DNA from: Thermostichus sp. DRC_bins_24
GTDB taxonomy: Bacteria; Cyanobacteriota; Cyanobacteriia; Thermostichales; Thermostichaceae
DNA length: 64,000 bases
Assembly: GCA_039794845.1 (NCBI GenBank)
Contig: JAUQVK010000103.1
Location: 14,884-78,883 of the forward strand
Direction: 5' to 3'
The notes under the pieces were generated by a model. That model had not been told where the DNA came from. It ran no database searches and saw nothing but the letters and a program-made list of their open reading frames with translations. Position numbers and translations under genes: made by a program. Below, one piece after another: positions 60,225 to 64,000 of this stretch (within the stretch, counting starts at the first letter, position 1; every line of letters begins with the position of its first letter).

Positions 60225-61223
60225 ATGTGGAGGTTTGAGTTTCGCCCCTATCAACGTCCCTTTCGGCACCCCTTGCGAACCCATCACGGTCTGTGGTCGA
60301 TCCGAGAAGGGATCCTGATTCGGCTCACCGATCTTGAAACAGGCCGCCACGGTTACGGAGAAATTGCCCCCATCCCTTGGTTCGGCAGCGAAACCCTGGA
60401 GCAAGCTCTGCAGTTTTGTCAGCAGTTGCCCCGCCAGATTTCACAGATCCACCTGCTCGGGATCCCAGAGGAGTTGCCCGCTTGTCAGTTTGGGTTTGAA
60501 TCGGCTGGGTTGGCCTGCCAAGACCCGGATTACTTCAGTAGGGATCTATCCTTGCTCTCCTTTTGCAGCCTATTGGGAGCAACAGCCCACGAGGGATCCC
60601 CAAGGGTGTACAAGTGGAAAATCGGCGTAGACCCTATCGGGCAGGAGTTGCACAGGTTGACTCAATTGCTGGAGCAGTTGCCTCCGGGAGCCCGTCTGCG
60701 GTTGGATGCCAATGGGGGACTGACCCTGCCAGAGGCCCAAAGGTGGTTGGCGGCCTGTGATCGCATCAACCAAAACCTTCCCACAACGATCGAGTTCATC
60801 GAGCAGCCCCTTCCCCCTGAACAGCACTCGCAGCTGGTTCAGCTCAGCCAGGAGTTTCAAACCCCCATTGCCCTAGATGAATCGGTGGCCCCGTTGAAGC
60901 AGTTTAAGCGGCTCCATCAGTCGGGGTGGACGGGGATCCTGGTGGTGAAACCGGCCCTGAGCGGCTCCTGTTTGGCGTTACGAGACTATCTCAATGAGCA
61001 TCCTGAACTGGATCTGGTTTTTTCTTCGGCCTTAGAGACTCCAATTGGCGCTTGGCATGGCTTGGCTTGGGCGGGATCCCTGCAGCCCAAAACGGCCCGC
61101 CCTAGAGCTTTGGGGTGGGGGGTGGGGGGGCTTTTCTCAGAATGGGATCCAATTCAGTTGCAAACCGCCTCTCCGGCGGAACGAGCAGCCCTGATGCAGC
61201 GGGTTTGGGAGACCTGGAGCTAG
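60225..61223 (+). CDS. menC: o-succinylbenzoate synthase
   Basis: GEIAPIPWFGSE, YKWKIG, LRLDANGG, EFIEQP, IALDES, VVKPAL, SSALET. Confidence 0.9.
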   Translation: MWRFEFRPYQRPFRHPLRTHHGLWSIREGILIRLTDLETGRHGYGEIAPIPWFGSETLEQALQFCQQLPRQISQIHLLGIPEELPACQFGFESAGLACQDPDYFSRDLSLLSFCSLLGATAHEGSPRVYKWKIGVDPIGQELHRLTQLLEQLPPGARLRLDANGGLTLPEAQRWLAACDRINQNLPTTIEFIEQPLPPEQHSQLVQLSQEFQTPIALDESVAPLKQFKRLHQSGWTGILVVKPALSGSCLALRDYLNEHPELDLVFSSALETPIGAWHGLAWAGSLQPKTARPRALGWGVGGLFSEWDPIQLQTASPAERAALMQRVWETWS

Positions 61224-61233
61224 AGTTTTCTCT

Positions 61234-62362
61234 CTAGACAGCGGCAGGTTCTTTGGCGGTTTCTTGCCGCAGGTAAGCATGGATAAAATGCATCAGCTCG
61301 CTCGGCTCCCCTGCCATGAAGGCCTCGACGTTGTAGGTTTCGGCGTTGGTGCGGTGATCTTTGATCAGCTTGTAGGGATCAAACGTGTAGGTGCGAATGC
61401 GCCCGCCGAACCCTTGAGTCACCATGTCACCGCGGATTTCTGCCAGCTTTTGTCGCCGTTTTTCTTCCTCGATTTCGATCAGTTTCGCTTTCAGAATCTG
61501 CAGGGCCCGTTCTTTGTTTTGCAGTTGGGAGCGTTCTTCAGTGCAGCGCACCGCGATCCCGGTGGGCTTGTGGATCACCCGTACCGCCGTTTCCACCTTG
61601 TTCACGTTTTGGCCCCCTGCCCCACCGGAACGGGAGGTCTCGAACTCCAACTCCTCCATTTTCAGCTCGTACTCGTTTTCCGCTTCCAAAATCGGCATCA
61701 CCTCCACCCCGGCGAAACTGGTTTGCCGTTTGCCATTGGCGTTAAAGGGGCTAATGCGCTCCATGCGGTGGTTGCCCTTCTCGGCGGAGAGGTAGCCGTA
61801 GGCATAGGGGCCTTCGATCATCAGGGTGGCCGACTTGATCCCGGCTTCGGCGCCTTCTGAATATTCCGACAGGCTGACTTTGTATCCTTGGTTCTCGCCC
61901 CAACGAGTGTACATCTTCAGCAGCATCTCGGCCCAATCCTGGGCATCGGTGCCCCCGGCACCCGCCGTAATCGTGAGAATGGCACCATTTTTGTCGTAGG
62001 GGCCGGAGAGCAGTTGTTGCAGTTCCCATCGGCTCAGCTCTCGATCCACCACCGCTAGGGCTCCCTCGGTTTCGGCAAACAAATCGGGGTCGGGTTCCTC
62101 CTGCAACAGCTCTAGGGCACTACCGGCATCTTCTAGCTGCTCCTTCCAGCGATGCACCTGATCCCAAGAGGCTTTCAGGCTGCTTAGCTGTTGCATCTGC
62201 CGGCGGGCCGCCTCTGCGTCGTTCCAAAATTCTGGCTGGGAGGCCTCCTGCTCCAGGATGGCGATTTGTTGCTCTAGGTTGGGCAGGTCAAAGATAGTCC
62301 TGGGCATTGCCCAGGCGTAAGGTGAGCGATTCCAGGTTGCGTCTCAGGTCGGCAAGTTCCAT
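61234..62362 (-). CDS. prfB: Peptide chain release factor 2 with programmed +1 frameshift
   Basis: ATG at 62362 reads MELADL...AQDYL, then CTT TGA C slippery site (62293-62287); downstream frame has SPF and GGQ motifs. Confidence 0.95.
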
Positions 62363-62545
62363 AAGGCGTATAAGGTTATCTAGGCATGGGATCCCATCCT
62401 AACCTCTGGCTTGCCCGCTGCATCAGAAGCTCAGTCGGTAGGTCGTGGGGTGATTTTGGGCAGGGGGTTGTGCCTCCAGGCTCCTGTCAGGGTTCAGCCT
62501 TGGGGGAGATCATCCAAAATAGGGATCCCTTTTCTGGAGTCAGCT

Positions 62546-62938
62546 ATGCTGAAAGCCTTCTCACTGCTCTCTGGCTTGATCTTGGTGGGCGGAGTTACCG
62601 CTTTGGCCCTTACCAACCCCACCTTAGAAGAGTACGGGGCCTATGCCGGCGAAACATTGGCGGCCTACGCCACGCAGGAGTATTGTGCTCAGATCCCCGC
62701 TTTTTTGAATACCTTAATTGGGGAATGTCAGGCATTGGTGCGGGAATTGCAGCCAGAATTGGAAGCCCTGTTCATGCGGCAAACCCGTCGCCAAAACTTC
62801 TTCTTGTTCAGCCTTTATACCACCGATTTATCTTTGGTCAATTTCGGCCCTTTGGGGGGATCCCTGCCCACCTATCACTTTGAAACCCTGGCAGGCGCAG
62901 GCCGTTTTTACACCTACGAAATTCGAGAAACTCCTTAA
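62546..62938 (+). CDS. DUF4359-like exported protein
   Basis: Hydrophobic N-terminus, [30 protein letters not shown]. Confidence 0.75.
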   Translation: MLKAFSLLSGLILVGGVTALALTNPTLEEYGAYAGETLAAYATQEYCAQIPAFLNTLIGECQALVRELQPELEALFMRQTRRQNFFLFSLYTTDLSLVNFGPLGGSLPTYHFETLAGAGRFYTYEIRETP

Positions 62939-63009
62939 GCTGAGAGAGTAGGAGCCTTCTGGAGAGTTCATTACTGCTGAGAATAACCTTCCTACAGGCC
63001 CAAGTCCGA

Positions 63010-63052
63010 TACAGCCCTTGCGTGGGTTTTCTACAGCAGGGATTGTGATTCC
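63010..63052 (+). mobile_element. Left-end fragment of the MITE-like element
   Basis: TACAGCCCTTGCGTGGGTTTTCTACAGCAGGGATTGTGATTCC aligns with the first ~43 nt of copy 2. Confidence 0.65.
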
Positions 63053-63431
63053 TTGTTTCATCAGCCCCTGCTCGTTAAACTCCCAATTTTCATTGCCGTA
63101 GGAGCGGAACCAATGGCCAGAATCATCGTGCCATTCATAGGCAAAGCATACGGCAATGCAGTTATCTGTGGTGGCCCATAGCTCTTTGATCAGGCGATAG
63201 TCCAGTTCTTTGTTCCACTTACGGGTGAGGAACTGAACTGCACAATTTGTTCCCGACCTGTGAGAAATTCCGAGCGATTTCTCCACACACTATCGACAGT
63301 GTAGGCCAAGGCAACTTTTCGGGATCCCGGTTATTCCAGGCATCTTCTGCCATGCGCACCTTTAGGGCGGCTGTTTCCAGATCAGAGGGGGAAAAGAGGG
63401 TTCGGCTCAGGTTGAGGCTGCATAAAACCAA
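63053..63431 (-). pseudogene. DUF1348 (NTF2/SnoaL-like) pseudogene
   Basis: KVRMAEDAWNNRDPEK / [27 protein letters not shown] / [18 protein letters not shown]...[12 protein letters not shown] in three frames; C-terminus runs into the MITE fragment. Confidence 0.82.
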
Positions 63432-63544
63432 GAATAAAGTTGAGAAGAAAGGCTGAGCATAGAAATCTCTATCTCAGCCACTGTTAGGTCTTCAAAAAGA
63501 AAGCTCCCTGTAGAGGTTTCTCCCCCTCCTACAAAGAGAGGGCA

Positions 63545-63991
63545 CTACCACTTCTTGTAGGGTAAAAACTTACCTGACATGATCACCTTGACGCGATCCC
63601 CCTTAGGATCCTCCTCCTTTTCCACATTCAAGGTGAAGTCGATCGCGCTCATAATACCATCACCAAACTTTTCATGGATGACGGTTTTAATCGGCATGCC
63701 ATACACTTGCATGATCTCGTAAAATCGGTAAATCAAAGGATCCGTCGGCACTACTGGCCCTAAGCCTTTTACCGGGCATTCGGTTAATTGTTTGGCAACC
63801 CCAGCATCCAACCCCAGAATATCTGTGATCTTGCTAGCCTCTTCGGGCGAGGCACTGGCTTGACGATAAAAGACCGCCGCGATCCACACTTCATCTCGGC
63901 CTATTTTCTGCTCCAAATCGGCGAAGGTCAAACCTTTCTCGGCCTTGGCTGCCAAGAGCTTTTCGGTGATTTCGGGAATGGCTGTGCTCAT
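63545..63991 (-). CDS. cynS: Cyanase
   Basis: [17 protein letters not shown]...[15 protein letters not shown]...GKFLPY. Confidence 0.96.
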   Translation of the reverse strand: MSTAIPEITEKLLAAKAEKGLTFADLEQKIGRDEVWIAAVFYRQASASPEEASKITDILGLDAGVAKQLTECPVKGLGPVVPTDPLIYRFYEIMQVYGMPIKTVIHEKFGDGIMSAIDFTLNVEKEEDPKGDRVKVIMSGKFLPYKKW

Positions 63992-64000
63992 AACAAACTC

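Noticed and set aside
62287..62293. In-frame stop in prfB as another lesion
   Set aside because: It is the well-known programmed CTT-TGA-C +1 frameshift, not damage or novelty.

Overview
Ordinary-looking cyanobacterial chromosome segment, most likely from a hot-spring Synechococcus/Thermostichus-type organism. This is inferred from the gene set (rpaB, ndhB, menB/menC, cynS, gvpK) and the very frequent palindrome GGGATCCC. About 55 mostly housekeeping genes are present, plus a Pho-box-controlled phosphonate/phosphate ABC cluster with duplicated phnD and three phnE. No rRNA, tRNA or CRISPR array was seen. The notable structure lies outside the standard annotation: (1) four genes, including the normally essential cysS, are frameshifted by perfect tandem duplications of 7, 10, 19 and 28 nt, and a fifth gene carries a 5-nt duplication plus a deletion; (2) a ~150-175 bp non-coding MITE-like element occurs as four copies plus a fragment, all in one orientation, and carries a covarying double-hairpin module with C(GGA)G loops that also occurs free-standing beside a tnpB remnant; (3) a cluster of TTTTCCACA-type DnaA boxes at ~23.7-24.0 kb has no dnaA/dnaN nearby; (4) deoC lacks its Schiff-base lysine; (5) a HAD hydrolase is fused to GvpK; (6) a multi-MshEN coiled-coil protein. 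All family calls are by eye from motifs; no database searches were run.
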